32,000 bases of DNA from Methanocaldococcus jannaschii DSM 2661 (lineage in GTDB: Archaea; AGJL01; Methanococci; Methanococcales; Methanocaldococcaceae): the NCBI RefSeq assembly GCF_000091665.1, contig NC_000909.1:533581-565580 (forward strand). Reading direction: 5' to 3'. The notes beneath the pieces are model-generated. The model worked only from the letters and a program-made list of their open reading frames with translations. It was not told where the DNA came from and did no database searches. This document shows positions 16,109 through 24,710 of this stretch, in pieces. The position numbers were made by a program, and so were the translations under genes. Each line of letters begins with the position of its first letter. The first letter of the stretch is position 1.

Positions 16109-16984
16109 ATGAAACTTGGTATAATTACCATAGAAAGAGATGCTGTAGTCAATGATTTAATAAAATCCTGTGAAAAGTATGAAGTAGATTATAAAGTTAT
16201 AACCCCTTCAAATATTGTAGCTGGATTTAATTTGGATTTTAAATTAAAATATTACAAGTCATTTTTAGATGAATTAGATTGCTGTTTTGTTAGAAATCTT
16301 GGCTGGGATAGTTTTTTTAGATTTGATGTCTTAAAGTATTTAAATCATTATATTCCCGTTATAAATCCTCCAGATGGAATAGATAGGGCATCAAATAAGT
16401 TTTTAACCTCTGTATTTCTTGAATTAAATAATCTCCCACAACCAAAGACTGTTGTTACTGAAAGTATAAATGAAGCAATTGTCTGGATAGATAAATTTGA
16501 AGAAGCAGTTTTAAAACCAATATTTGGATGTGGTGGGGAGGGAATTGTTAGGGTTAAAAAAGAACTGCCAATATCTACTAAGTTAAAGATTTTAAATGAA
16601 TTTAAAGAAAAATATAATACCTTCTATATCCAGGAATTTATAAAACCAGTAAGAAATGAACATAGAGATATAAGGGCTTTTGTAGTTGATGATGAGGTCG
16701 TTGCGGCAATGTATAGGATTGGAGGAGAAAATTGGAAAAACAATGTTTCTCAGGGAGGAAGAGTTGAGAAATGTGAAATAACTGAAGAAATTGAAAAATT
16801 GGCTTTAAAAGCAAAAAATGCTCTTGGTTTATTTTATGCTGGAGTTGATTTAATTGAGTCAGAAGATGGTTTAAAAGTTTTAGAAGTAAATTCAACACCA
16901 TCTTGGATTGGATTATCTAAGGTCTCTGAGGTTAATATAGCCGATAAACTCTTAGAAAAAATAATTCAATATGTTAAATCTTAA
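16109..16984 (+). CDS. mptN: RimK-family ATP-grasp ligase (tetrahydromethanopterin:alpha-L-glutamate ligase-like)
   Basis: ATP-grasp fold motifs (VLKPIFGCGGEGI, QEFI, EVNSTP). From memory, the position and sequence agree with MJ0620/MptN. Confidence 0.78.
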   Translation: MKLGIITIERDAVVNDLIKSCEKYEVDYKVITPSNIVAGFNLDFKLKYYKSFLDELDCCFVRNLGWDSFFRFDVLKYLNHYIPVINPPDGIDRASNKFLTSVFLELNNLPQPKTVVTESINEAIVWIDKFEEAVLKPIFGCGGEGIVRVKKELPISTKLKILNEFKEKYNTFYIQEFIKPVRNEHRDIRAFVVDDEVVAAMYRIGGENWKNNVSQGGRVEKCEITEEIEKLALKAKNALGLFYAGVDLIESEDGLKVLEVNSTPSWIGLSKVSEVNIADKLLEKIIQYVKS

Positions 16985-16988
16985 TATA

Positions 16989-17507
16989 TTATTCATTTAT
17001 TTTCTTTGCAATTATTTCTAATGCTTTCATAAACGCATCCTTTTCTGGAATAATAACAGCTACAGGGACATTAACGATTTTTTCAATAGTTGCACTAACA
17101 ATAGGAGCACAAACTATGCCCTTAACCCCTTCTCTTTCAGCTCTAACAGCTGCAACAATACACTCCTCCAAAGAATTGGCTGGATACTCTTTTATTAAAT
17201 AACTTTTTCCATTAATCCCTATCTTCCTTGTCGTAATTTTATTTAGGGCAGGTCTTGCGGCAATAATTGCTATTGTATCAATATTCTCATCCTTTTCAAA
17301 AGACCTTATCGTCTTTAAAATCTTTATTAGAGTTGAGACCCTAAAATCCTTCCCCTGAATAACTTTGTATAATGTGCTGTATGGAATCCCTGAAATTTCA
17401 GAAAATTCCTTTAAAGTTAAGCCCAACTCAAGCAAAATTCTTTTAAATTCTTCAACAAATTTCTCTTGGGACTCTATCTTTAATAACAATCTTTCGCATG
17501 CCTTCAT
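16989..17507 (-). CDS. HTH (XRE-like) transcriptional regulator with an uncharacterised C-terminal domain
   Basis: Helix-turn-helix LTLKEFSEISGIPYSTLYKVIQGK, followed by an alpha/beta domain of about 100 aa. Confidence 0.7.
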   Translation of the reverse strand: MKACERLLLKIESQEKFVEEFKRILLELGLTLKEFSEISGIPYSTLYKVIQGKDFRVSTLIKILKTIRSFEKDENIDTIAIIAARPALNKITTRKIGINGKSYLIKEYPANSLEECIVAAVRAEREGVKGIVCAPIVSATIEKIVNVPVAVIIPEKDAFMKALEIIAKKINE

Positions 17508-17608
17508 AAATAACCCCTTTAAAGAATAAAAAATTTAAAAAATTTATTAAAAAATTTAAAAGTTAAAAATTAAAATTTTAAAATAAATCCAAATCAATTT
17601 AATTAAAT

Positions 17609-18709
17609 TTATACTATAAAGTCAATACCTCCTATTTTACGTTCTTTTCTTTGACTTTGTTCTTTTGAAACTTTTGGAATTATTCTTTTCGGCTTTGTGT
17701 CTTTCCCTACAATGTTTGGAGATTTAACTCCGGTAATTATCGCCATAACTCTAATACAGCCCTCCATTTCAGGGTCTATTCTTGCTCCCCATATAACATT
17801 TGCCTCTGGGTCAAGTTCTTTTGTAATTCCTTCTCCAATATCATTTGCCTCTTTTAATGTCAAATCTGGCCCACCAGTTATATGAATTAAAGCTCCTTTA
17901 GCTCCTCTATAATCAACATCCAATAATGGACAGCTTAAAGTTTCTCTAACAACATTTTGCACTCTATCTCCTCTGTCACTGCTATCAACTTCCCCAACAC
18001 CAATCATCGCTACGCCTCCACCACTCATCACTGCCTTAACATCTGCAAAATCAATGTTTATTAAACTTGGAACAGCAATAGTTTCAGTTATTCCCTTAAC
18101 GGCTTGAGCTATAATTTCATCAGCTACTTTAAATGCATCATTTATAGGTAAATTTGGAACTAAGTCTAAGAGTTTATTGTTATCTATAATAATTACAGTG
18201 TCACAAACCTCTGACATTCTTGCAATTCCTTCATCTGCTTTTTTCATTCTTGCCCTCTCAATTTTAAATGGATATGTTACAACTCCAACTACTATAGCAC
18301 CATTTTCTTTAGCCACCTCAGCCACAACAGGAGCTGAACCTGTCCCAGTTCCACCACCCATTCCTGCTGTAACAAAAACTAAATCAGCTCCTTTTAACTG
18401 CTCTTCCAATATATTTTTAGCCATTTCAGCGGCTTTCCTACCAATTTCTGGATAACCACCAGCTCCTAAACCTCTTGTTAATGTAGCTCCAATTAAAATT
18501 TTCTTATCTGCCTGTATAACTTCTAAGTGCTGTTTATCAGTGTTAATTGCAATCGTTTCTGCTCCTTGAATACCTATCTCCATTAACCTATTAATTGTGT
18601 TATTTCCAGCTCCACCACAACCAACTACTACGATTCTTGCTTCTCCAAACTCATCTTTTAAATATCTGGTTGTATCACTTCTTGATAAGGCATCTTTTAC
18701 GAGTTTCAT
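17609..18709 (-). CDS. ftsZ: cell division GTPase FtsZ
   Basis: GCGGAGNN and the tubulin signature [15 protein letters not shown]. The ORF track extends to 18820, but those residues are non-FtsZ-like. ATG 18709 (MKLVKDAL) is preceded by AGGATGA; ATG 18718 is an alternative. Confidence 0.9.
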   Translation of the reverse strand: MKLVKDALSRSDTTRYLKDEFGEARIVVVGCGGAGNNTINRLMEIGIQGAETIAINTDKQHLEVIQADKKILIGATLTRGLGAGGYPEIGRKAAEMAKNILEEQLKGADLVFVTAGMGGGTGTGSAPVVAEVAKENGAIVVGVVTYPFKIERARMKKADEGIARMSEVCDTVIIIDNNKLLDLVPNLPINDAFKVADEIIAQAVKGITETIAVPSLINIDFADVKAVMSGGGVAMIGVGEVDSSDRGDRVQNVVRETLSCPLLDVDYRGAKGALIHITGGPDLTLKEANDIGEGITKELDPEANVIWGARIDPEMEGCIRVMAIITGVKSPNIVGKDTKPKRIIPKVSKEQSQRKERKIGGIDFIV

Positions 18710-18924
18710 AATTATCATCCTTAAATTCCTAATGTTGAATTTATAAATCATTTCCCATTTCTCATAAATTACACATAATAACCTTGCAAACCAATAAGTT
18801 AAGGTTAAATCAATACCCATTTAGTTAGTTGTAAAAAACTATACAAAATTTACTTTATATTTTTCAATTATATATACTTTAACTTAAAAATTAATGTGAT
18901 AAACTTCTACGCACCACCACAAAC

Positions 18925-18936
18925 TATATATAAAAA
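18925..18936 (+). promoter_or_regulatory. TATA box for the SRP RNA gene
   Basis: TATATATAAAAA is centred about 27 nt upstream of the first base of the terminal helix at 18957. Confidence 0.55.
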
Positions 18937-18956
18937 GTCCTATTATATTATTAATT

Positions 18957-19280
18957 GGTGTGCATGGCTAGGCCGGGGGGTTGGGCGTCCCCTGTAACCC
19001 GAAATCGCCCTTATGCGGGGGCCGAAAACTTGGGGGCGGCATGTCCTCCAGTCCTTCCTTCCCAGACTCCTCGATGAGGTCTCGTCCCGTGGGGCTCGGC
19101 GGTGGGGGAGCATCTCCTGTAGGGGAGATGTAACCCCCTTTACCTGCCGAACCCCGCCAGGCCCGGAAGGGAGCAACGGTAGGCAGGACGTCGGCGCTCA
19201 CGGGGGTGCGGGACGGAGAAGGAATCTGGGGGCGAGGGAGGACTGGAGGACATGCCCACCCCAAGGAAGCCATGCACACC
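18957..19280 (+). ncRNA. signal recognition particle 7S RNA
   Basis: A roughly 324-nt GC-rich island. The 5' GGTGTGCATGGC is exactly complementary to the 3' GCCATGCACACC (helix 1). It contains the conserved helix 8 / SRP54-binding sequence GCCAGGCCCGGAAGGGAGCAACGGTAGGCAGGAC and the helix 6 segment GGTGGGGGAGCATCTCCTGTAGGGGAGATGTAACCCCC, which I recognise from the M. jannaschii SRP19-RNA structure constructs. A T-run terminator follows at 19283-19289. Confidence 0.93.
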
Positions 19281-19304
19281 ACTTTTTTTATTTTAGGTGG
19301 GACT

Positions 19305-19784
19305 ATGCTTATTGGGGTTATCTCTGACACCCATCTCTATGATAGAGCTTTTGAATTACCAAAAGCTGTTTTTGATGAGTTTTCAAATGTGGATTTAATT
19401 ATTCACTGTGGAGATGTAACTGATAAAGAAATTTTAGACTCATTAAAAGATTTAGCTAAGGTTGTTGCTGTTAAAGGAAATATGGATTATTTAAATTTAC
19501 CAAGAAAAGAGATTTTAGAGATAAATGATATTAAGATAGGAGTTATTCATGGAGATGTAGTTTATCCAAGGGGGGATAGATTAAAATTGAGGTTGTTAGG
19601 TAAAGAGATGGGAGTTGATGTTTTAATATCTGGACACACCCACACACCATTTATAGATGATTGTAGAGATATTTTATTATTAAATCCTGGTTCTCCAACA
19701 GTCCCAAGATGTCCTCTAAAATCTATTATGAAGTTAAGTGTTGAGGATAAGTTGGAGGCTAAATTAATCCCAATAGAAGAATAA
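19305..19784 (+). CDS. YfcE/MJ0936-family metallophosphoesterase
   Basis: Motifs ISDTH, HCGD, GNMD, HGD and GHTH. The true start, ATG 19305, is preceded by AGGTGG. The ORF-track start at 19206 lies inside the SRP RNA. Confidence 0.85.
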   Translation: MLIGVISDTHLYDRAFELPKAVFDEFSNVDLIIHCGDVTDKEILDSLKDLAKVVAVKGNMDYLNLPRKEILEINDIKIGVIHGDVVYPRGDRLKLRLLGKEMGVDVLISGHTHTPFIDDCRDILLLNPGSPTVPRCPLKSIMKLSVEDKLEAKLIPIEE

Positions 19785-19798
19785 TATTTGGTGCTACA

Positions 19799-19975
19799 AT
19801 GGGGATAAAGATATTAGAGAAATGTGTTGGTTGTGGGAACTGTGTTGTATTTTGCCCAAGAAGAGCAATAAAAACCTATGGAGTTGCTATAGTTGATGAA
19901 AATAAATGCTCAAATTGTGGGATTTGTGCAAGGTATTGTCCTATAAATGCCATAAAAGTAGATACCTCATTATAA
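19799..19975 (+). CDS. 2x[4Fe-4S] ferredoxin, 58 aa
   Basis: Hand-translated: MGIKILEKCVGCGNCVVFCPRRAIKTYGVAIVDENKCSNCGICARYCPINAIKVDTSL. It has two CxxCxxCxxxCP motifs. GGTG lies 7 nt upstream. It is below the ORF-track cutoff. Confidence 0.8.
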   Translation: MGIKILEKCVGCGNCVVFCPRRAIKTYGVAIVDENKCSNCGICARYCPINAIKVDTSL

Positions 19976-20024
19976 GAGCTAAACAGATTTTAAACAAACA
20001 TTATATATCTTTTTTGGTGATATT

Positions 20025-21035
20025 ATGAAATTCTATAATAGAGAGAAAGAGCTGAATTATTTAAAAACCTATTGTCAATTAGATCCAAACTCTATTTTAT
20101 TTGTTTATGGCCCTAAATCATCTGGTAAATCAACTGTAATGAGAAGAGTTATTAAAGAGTTAGAAGATAGTAATATAGTGTTTTTCTATTATAATCTAAG
20201 GAAGTATGCAACCTATAGCAAAGAAGAATTTTTAAGAGTATTTTTTGAGAAGTCAGAAAAAAAATATCTGCTAAATAAGTTAGAACTTAACTTGGGAGTT
20301 TTTAAGTTTGGTGTTGAGGAGAACTTTGATTTTAATAACTTAAAACTAAATGATGTCTTTGCAAAGATAAATGAGAGTATAAATGCTGTTGTAGAAGATG
20401 GAAAGAAACCAGTTTTGATAATTGATGAGTTGCAGAAGTTGAAAAATATTTATTTTAACGGTGGTAAGTCATTGTTAAATGAATTGTTTAATCTCTTCGT
20501 CTCTCTAACTAAAATGGAGCATTTATGCCATGTTATTTGTTTAACCTCTGATACATTGTTTATAGAGGAGATTTATCAAAGTTCAACTTTAGAGAATACT
20601 TCAAAGTATTATTTAATTGATTGGTTAAGAAAAGGAACTATAAGAAATATTTTGAAAGAGGAGGGGTTTAGTGAAGAAGAGATTAATTATTGTTTAGATT
20701 ATTTATCTCTACCTTATGAAATAGTTGATTTGATTGAGAATAAAAAATTAGGTTTGTCTGTTGAAGAGACAATAAGGCAATGGATTAATATTGAGAAGGA
20801 TAAAATAAAGTATTTAATAGATACAACTGATTTGGATGAAGAGGAGCTTTATAAAGTTTTATCTAAATTTAAGGACAAAATAAAAATCTCTTATGAAAAA
20901 GAAGTTAAAAAAGAGGAGATGAAGTATTTTAAGTTTTTAATTAAAAATGAGATTTTATTTTATGATGTTATTAATGGAATTATTAAGCCAACCTCTGTAA
21001 AGAAATGGTATGCTATAAGAGAGATTTTGAAATAA
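20025..21035 (+). CDS. archaeal ATPase family (PF01637-like) P-loop protein
   Basis: N-terminal MKFYNREKEL. Walker A GPKSSGKS and Walker B VLIIDELQ. Helical C-terminal region. Paralog of 24711-25802. Confidence 0.8.
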   Translation: MKFYNREKELNYLKTYCQLDPNSILFVYGPKSSGKSTVMRRVIKELEDSNIVFFYYNLRKYATYSKEEFLRVFFEKSEKKYLLNKLELNLGVFKFGVEENFDFNNLKLNDVFAKINESINAVVEDGKKPVLIIDELQKLKNIYFNGGKSLLNELFNLFVSLTKMEHLCHVICLTSDTLFIEEIYQSSTLENTSKYYLIDWLRKGTIRNILKEEGFSEEEINYCLDYLSLPYEIVDLIENKKLGLSVEETIRQWINIEKDKIKYLIDTTDLDEEELYKVLSKFKDKIKISYEKEVKKEEMKYFKFLIKNEILFYDVINGIIKPTSVKKWYAIREILK

Positions 21036-21148
21036 AGTTAAGATTTTAAGGCTAAACCTAAAAGATTTTTTATTATGTAATGAAACCATTAAGGTTTTAA
21101 AATACTCAAAACAATATAAATGCTATTATGGTAGGGAGAGGTGAATTT

Positions 21149-21757
21149 ATGTATATTGGAAGATTCTTAGTTGTTGGAAAAACTAAAGAAGGAAAACCAT
21201 TCGCTGCCTATAGAGTCTCAAGTAGAAGCTTTCCAAACAGAGAGGCAAAGAAAATGGATGACAATACAGTTGCAATAATTCCAAAGGATTTGAATGAGAT
21301 GTTTAAAAACCCATATATCACATACAATTGCATAAAGGTTATTGATAAAACGATTGTTGTTTCTAACGGAACACATACTGACTTTATAGCTGAAAAATTG
21401 CACTTTGGAAAGAGAGATGCGTTAGCTTACGTATTGGCAGTTATGGACTATGAAAAAGATGATTATAAGACCCCAAGGATTGCGGCTATTTTAGATGAAA
21501 ACGAATGCTATATGGGTTATGTTGCTCATGATGACATTAGAGTTAAGAAAGTTGAACTAAAAGATGGGAAAGGCTATTATTTGGGAGTTTATAACGCCTG
21601 TAAAATAGATGAAAACCAGATTATAGATATTAAAGGAGAGACAGCTGAAGAGATAGCAGATTATATATTAAATTATGAGGAATTTGAGCATCCTGTTGCA
21701 TGTGCTGTTGCTGTTATTGATAAAGATGGGATAAAAATAGCTACTAAGGGCAAATAA
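21149..21757 (+). CDS. purO: archaeal IMP cyclohydrolase
   Basis: [12 protein letters not shown]...[12 protein letters not shown] is the PurO family N-terminus. GAGGTGA lies 4 nt upstream of ATG 21149; the ORF-track start at 21128 is less likely. Confidence 0.85.
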   Translation: MYIGRFLVVGKTKEGKPFAAYRVSSRSFPNREAKKMDDNTVAIIPKDLNEMFKNPYITYNCIKVIDKTIVVSNGTHTDFIAEKLHFGKRDALAYVLAVMDYEKDDYKTPRIAAILDENECYMGYVAHDDIRVKKVELKDGKGYYLGVYNACKIDENQIIDIKGETAEEIADYILNYEEFEHPVACAVAVIDKDGIKIATKGK

Positions 21758-21787
21758 TAATTTTTTATAATACTTTTTGGTGAAATT

Positions 21788-22141
21788 ATGGAAATTGATG
21801 TTAAAAGCCCAGATTTAATTATCAATACTATAAGAGGTAATGAGAAAATATATTTTGATAAATCAATATTTGAAGAGAGCTTGGACAATAAGTTTGAAAT
21901 TATTCAATATCTTATGAAAATTCTTGAAAGATTTTTGAAAATCTATGATAATCATATAAAAGAAATAAAACTGCTCATAGATTCTGAAAATCATCCAGAA
22001 CCGCATTTAATAGTTGTTATAAAATTTAAAAACAAAGAAAATATCTTTAAAATTTCAGAACAGATTGAAAACAAAATATACGAAAATCCAAAATCTAAAA
22101 ATGTTTTAGTTTATCCCATTACAGGTGGGACAGATGTTTAA
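21788..22141 (+). CDS. hypothetical 117-aa protein, upstream partner of the HEPN-like gene
   Basis: ORF with GGTGA 5 nt upstream. It overlaps the next gene. Predicted helix, then strands (IKEIKLLIDSE, HLIVVIKF), arranged like a minimal nucleotidyltransferase but lacking the GS/DxD residues. Confidence 0.5.
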   Translation: MEIDVKSPDLIINTIRGNEKIYFDKSIFEESLDNKFEIIQYLMKILERFLKIYDNHIKEIKLLIDSENHPEPHLIVVIKFKNKENIFKISEQIENKIYENPKSKNVLVYPITGGTDV

Positions 22142-22625
22142 TCCCTTAGATTTTGTATATATTGCTGAATTCTTAGAAGAATCAAAAGTAGATAAAAAAG
22201 AGGCAAAAAATCGAACAATTATTGGGAGATACTATTATGCGTCATTTCTATTTTTAAGAGGGATTTTAAAAGAAAATTTAAAAAATTACAACTCAAAAGA
22301 GGCAAAAGAATTTTTATATTTAATTGAACTGTCTAATTCTCATAAAATTATTTTAGATTTTCTTAATGTGCTTAAAAAAGAAGATGGAAAATTTAGAAGA
22401 GTTTATAATGCCTTATCTATTTTGAGAGATTTAAGAAATGCATCAGATTATGAATTAGAAAGTCCAGCAAGAGTTAAATCCATTAAAGAAATGGTTGATT
22501 TTAATGATGATTATTACGTTGAATTATCTAAAAATAAATACAAAATTATTGTAAATTCAAAATCAGATGTTGAAAATATTTTAAAAGATAGAAGTAAAAT
22601 AGATAAAATACTAAGAAAAATCTAA
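22134..22625 (+). CDS. HEPN-like domain protein
   Basis: Its pattern parallels the HEPN protein at 1859-2263: GRYYYASFLFLRGIL versus RAYYAIFHSAKALL, NSHKIILDFL versus KKHAGVIKMF, and LRNASDYE versus LRWKADY. ATG 22134 has GGTGG 5 nt upstream; ATG 22125 is an alternative. Confidence 0.6.
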   Translation: MFNPLDFVYIAEFLEESKVDKKEAKNRTIIGRYYYASFLFLRGILKENLKNYNSKEAKEFLYLIELSNSHKIILDFLNVLKKEDGKFRRVYNALSILRDLRNASDYELESPARVKSIKEMVDFNDDYYVELSKNKYKIIVNSKSDVENILKDRSKIDKILRKI

Positions 22626-22626
22626 A

Positions 22627-23271
22627 ATGGATGTGATTACTATGTCTATTTTTTTATTTGAGAGGGATAATGAGAAAAGTGTAATAGATAATCTTAGATT
22701 ATTAATTCAGATGTCTCTTAAAAGCATTGAGCTATTAAAAGATTATATGAATTCCAAAGATGAAAAAATATTAAAAGAGATTATAAAAATAGAAGAGGAA
22801 GGAGATGAAACTACAAAAAATATAAGGATAAACTTAGAAAAGGCATTTTTACCAAATATGAGAAGAGAGTTATCAAGGTCTGCAGAGCTTTTAGATGAGA
22901 CATTAGACAGCTTAAAACATGCCGCTATGTTATATGAGTTATTAAAGGAAGAGTTTGATGAGTATTTAAAAAATGAAATAGACCTTGTTTTAATGATTAC
23001 CGTGGATATGTTTCAACACTTAGATAGAGTTTTAGATGTTATTGAAAAAGGTGGGGATTTAGACCCAATTATCAAAGAGATTAAAGACAAAGAAAAATTT
23101 ATTGATGATGTTTATCAAAATAGGATTTATAAGTATTTAATAAATTTGGAAGTTGAATCATTTTGGGAGGGAAAAATTTTGTGTGATTTTATAGATAATA
23201 TTGTTAATATTAGCGACTACATAGAAGATGTGGCTGATGAGTTACATATAATTTATTTACACACAAAATAA
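22627..23271 (+). CDS. DUF47 / PhoU-like phosphate transport regulator
   Basis: About 210-aa helical protein with EEGDETTKNIR and LDETLDSL repeats typical of PhoU-like DUF47. It lies immediately upstream of a PiT transporter gene, which is the conserved pairing. Confidence 0.72.
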   Translation: MDVITMSIFLFERDNEKSVIDNLRLLIQMSLKSIELLKDYMNSKDEKILKEIIKIEEEGDETTKNIRINLEKAFLPNMRRELSRSAELLDETLDSLKHAAMLYELLKEEFDEYLKNEIDLVLMITVDMFQHLDRVLDVIEKGGDLDPIIKEIKDKEKFIDDVYQNRIYKYLINLEVESFWEGKILCDFIDNIVNISDYIEDVADELHIIYLHTK

Positions 23272-23291
23272 AATGAGTTTTAGATAAATGG

Positions 23292-24185
23292 GTGATTACT
23301 ATAGAGATTTCTATAAATTTAGAGCTAATCATAAGTTTTTATTTATTGTTTATATTAGGGGCTAATAATGTTGCCAACGCTATAGGCACTGCCTATGCAT
23401 CAAGAGCAACAACATATAGAAATCTGCTAATTTTATTTAGCATTTCAGTTATAATTGGTTCTTTATTTGCAAAAAATGTTGGAAGTACAGTTAATAGCTT
23501 ATCTTCTGATGCTTTAACTGCTTTAATAATCTCTGCCTTAGTTATGACACTCTCAACATACAAAAAAGTGCCAATATCATTGCATACAGTTATTATATGC
23601 TCTCTAATTGGATTAAATTTTAACTCATCAAATCTATATGTATTTGGTGAGATATTATTAAGCTGGATATTATCTCCAATTATAGCTGTTGTTATTGCCT
23701 ATATATTGTATTCAGCTTATGAAAAGATAGATATCTCAATTCTCAAAAAGATAACAATGATTAGATATTTTCTATTAATAAGTGCTGCTGTTGTAGCGTT
23801 CAACTTAGGAAGTAACGATTTACCAACTGTATTAGGAACATTTACAACATCCCAAATAATTTATATTATCGGAGCTATTTTTTTATGCTTGGGAGCTTAT
23901 TTATACGGAAATAGGGTTTCAGAAACATTATCTATGATAACAAATTTGAGTGTTAGCTCTGCATTTATTGCCCAACTCTCTGGAGGTTTGGCAGTAACAA
24001 TTTTTACTGCTTTAGGTATGCCAGTTTCAACGACTCAAGCAATTGTTGGTGGAATCTTAGGGGTTGGTTTAACTAAGGGAATAAAAACAGTAAGATGGAA
24101 AGTTTTAAAAAATATTATTTTTTGGTGGGTTGTAGCTCCAATAATAGCTTTAATAATTGGTTTTATAATAAATAGGATGATATAA
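23292..24185 (+). CDS. PiT-family inorganic phosphate transporter
   Basis: GANNVANAIGT and GSNDLPT signature repeats of the PHO4/PiT family. Polytopic. GTG start. Confidence 0.85.
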   Translation: MITIEISINLELIISFYLLFILGANNVANAIGTAYASRATTYRNLLILFSISVIIGSLFAKNVGSTVNSLSSDALTALIISALVMTLSTYKKVPISLHTVIICSLIGLNFNSSNLYVFGEILLSWILSPIIAVVIAYILYSAYEKIDISILKKITMIRYFLLISAAVVAFNLGSNDLPTVLGTFTTSQIIYIIGAIFLCLGAYLYGNRVSETLSMITNLSVSSAFIAQLSGGLAVTIFTALGMPVSTTQAIVGGILGVGLTKGIKTVRWKVLKNIIFWWVVAPIIALIIGFIINRMI

Positions 24186-24694
24186 TGAAGGAAATGTTAT
24201 TGGATAAACTAAAGAACTGCAAAAAATTGGTTATTATGGGCATTGGGAATGAGTTGAAAGGAGATGATGCTGTTGGCATTTATGTAGTTAAAAAATTGAT
24301 GAGGTATTTTGGAGAAGAAAAAGAATTTATAAACATCAAAAATCTCTATTTAATAAATGCTGGAACTGTTCCTGATTTTTTTACAGATATTTTAAAAGAG
24401 ATAAAACCAACTCATATTTTAATAATCGACTGTGCCCTAATGGATAAAGATGTTGGAGAGGTTAAGATTATAAAAGAGGATGAAATAATAAATTACAGTT
24501 TCTCAACTCATACATTGCCATTGTCTATAATAGTTAAATATTTAAAAAAATTTATAAATGCAGAAATAATTATTTTAGGAATTCAGCCAAAAATTATAGA
24601 TTTTTGCCCTATATCTGAAGAGGTTAAATTATCTGGGGATAAATTAGTAAATACACTTATTGAGATTATAGAAGAGCTAAAATTAGCTAAATAA
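24185..24694 (+). CDS. hydrogenase maturation endopeptidase (HycI/FrhD family)
   Basis: [13 protein letters not shown] motif and the downstream STH histidine. 169 aa. Its start overlaps the PiT stop by 1 nt. Confidence 0.85.
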   Translation: MKEMLLDKLKNCKKLVIMGIGNELKGDDAVGIYVVKKLMRYFGEEKEFINIKNLYLINAGTVPDFFTDILKEIKPTHILIIDCALMDKDVGEVKIIKEDEIINYSFSTHTLPLSIIVKYLKKFINAEIIILGIQPKIIDFCPISEEVKLSGDKLVNTLIEIIEELKLAK

Positions 24695-24710
24695 GATTAG
24701 GGGGTTTAAA

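Noticed and set aside
16638-16901. Minus-strand 87-aa ORF within mptN
   Set aside because: Gln/Leu/His-rich shadow frame opposite an ATP-grasp CDS.
17508-17608. Repetitive AAAAATTTAAAA tracts between ftsZ and the HTH regulator gene
   Set aside because: This is low-complexity AT-rich spacer or promoter DNA, with no defined repeat unit or structure.
17697-18455. Plus-strand ORFs 17697-17885 and 18177-18455
   Set aside because: They are antisense to ftsZ. Their Pro/Ser/Ile-rich composition mirrors the Gly-rich FtsZ codons.
18943-19330. ORFs 18943-19176(-), 18968-19330(-) and 19013-19327(+), plus the 19206-19304 part of the 19206 ORF
   Set aside because: They lie entirely within the SRP RNA gene. 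Their Gly/Arg/Pro-rich composition is an artefact of the GC-rich RNA sequence, and none has an RBS.
21218-21888. Minus-strand ORFs 21218-21403 and 21673-21888
   Set aside because: They are antisense to purO and to the start of the 117-aa gene, with no RBS or motifs.
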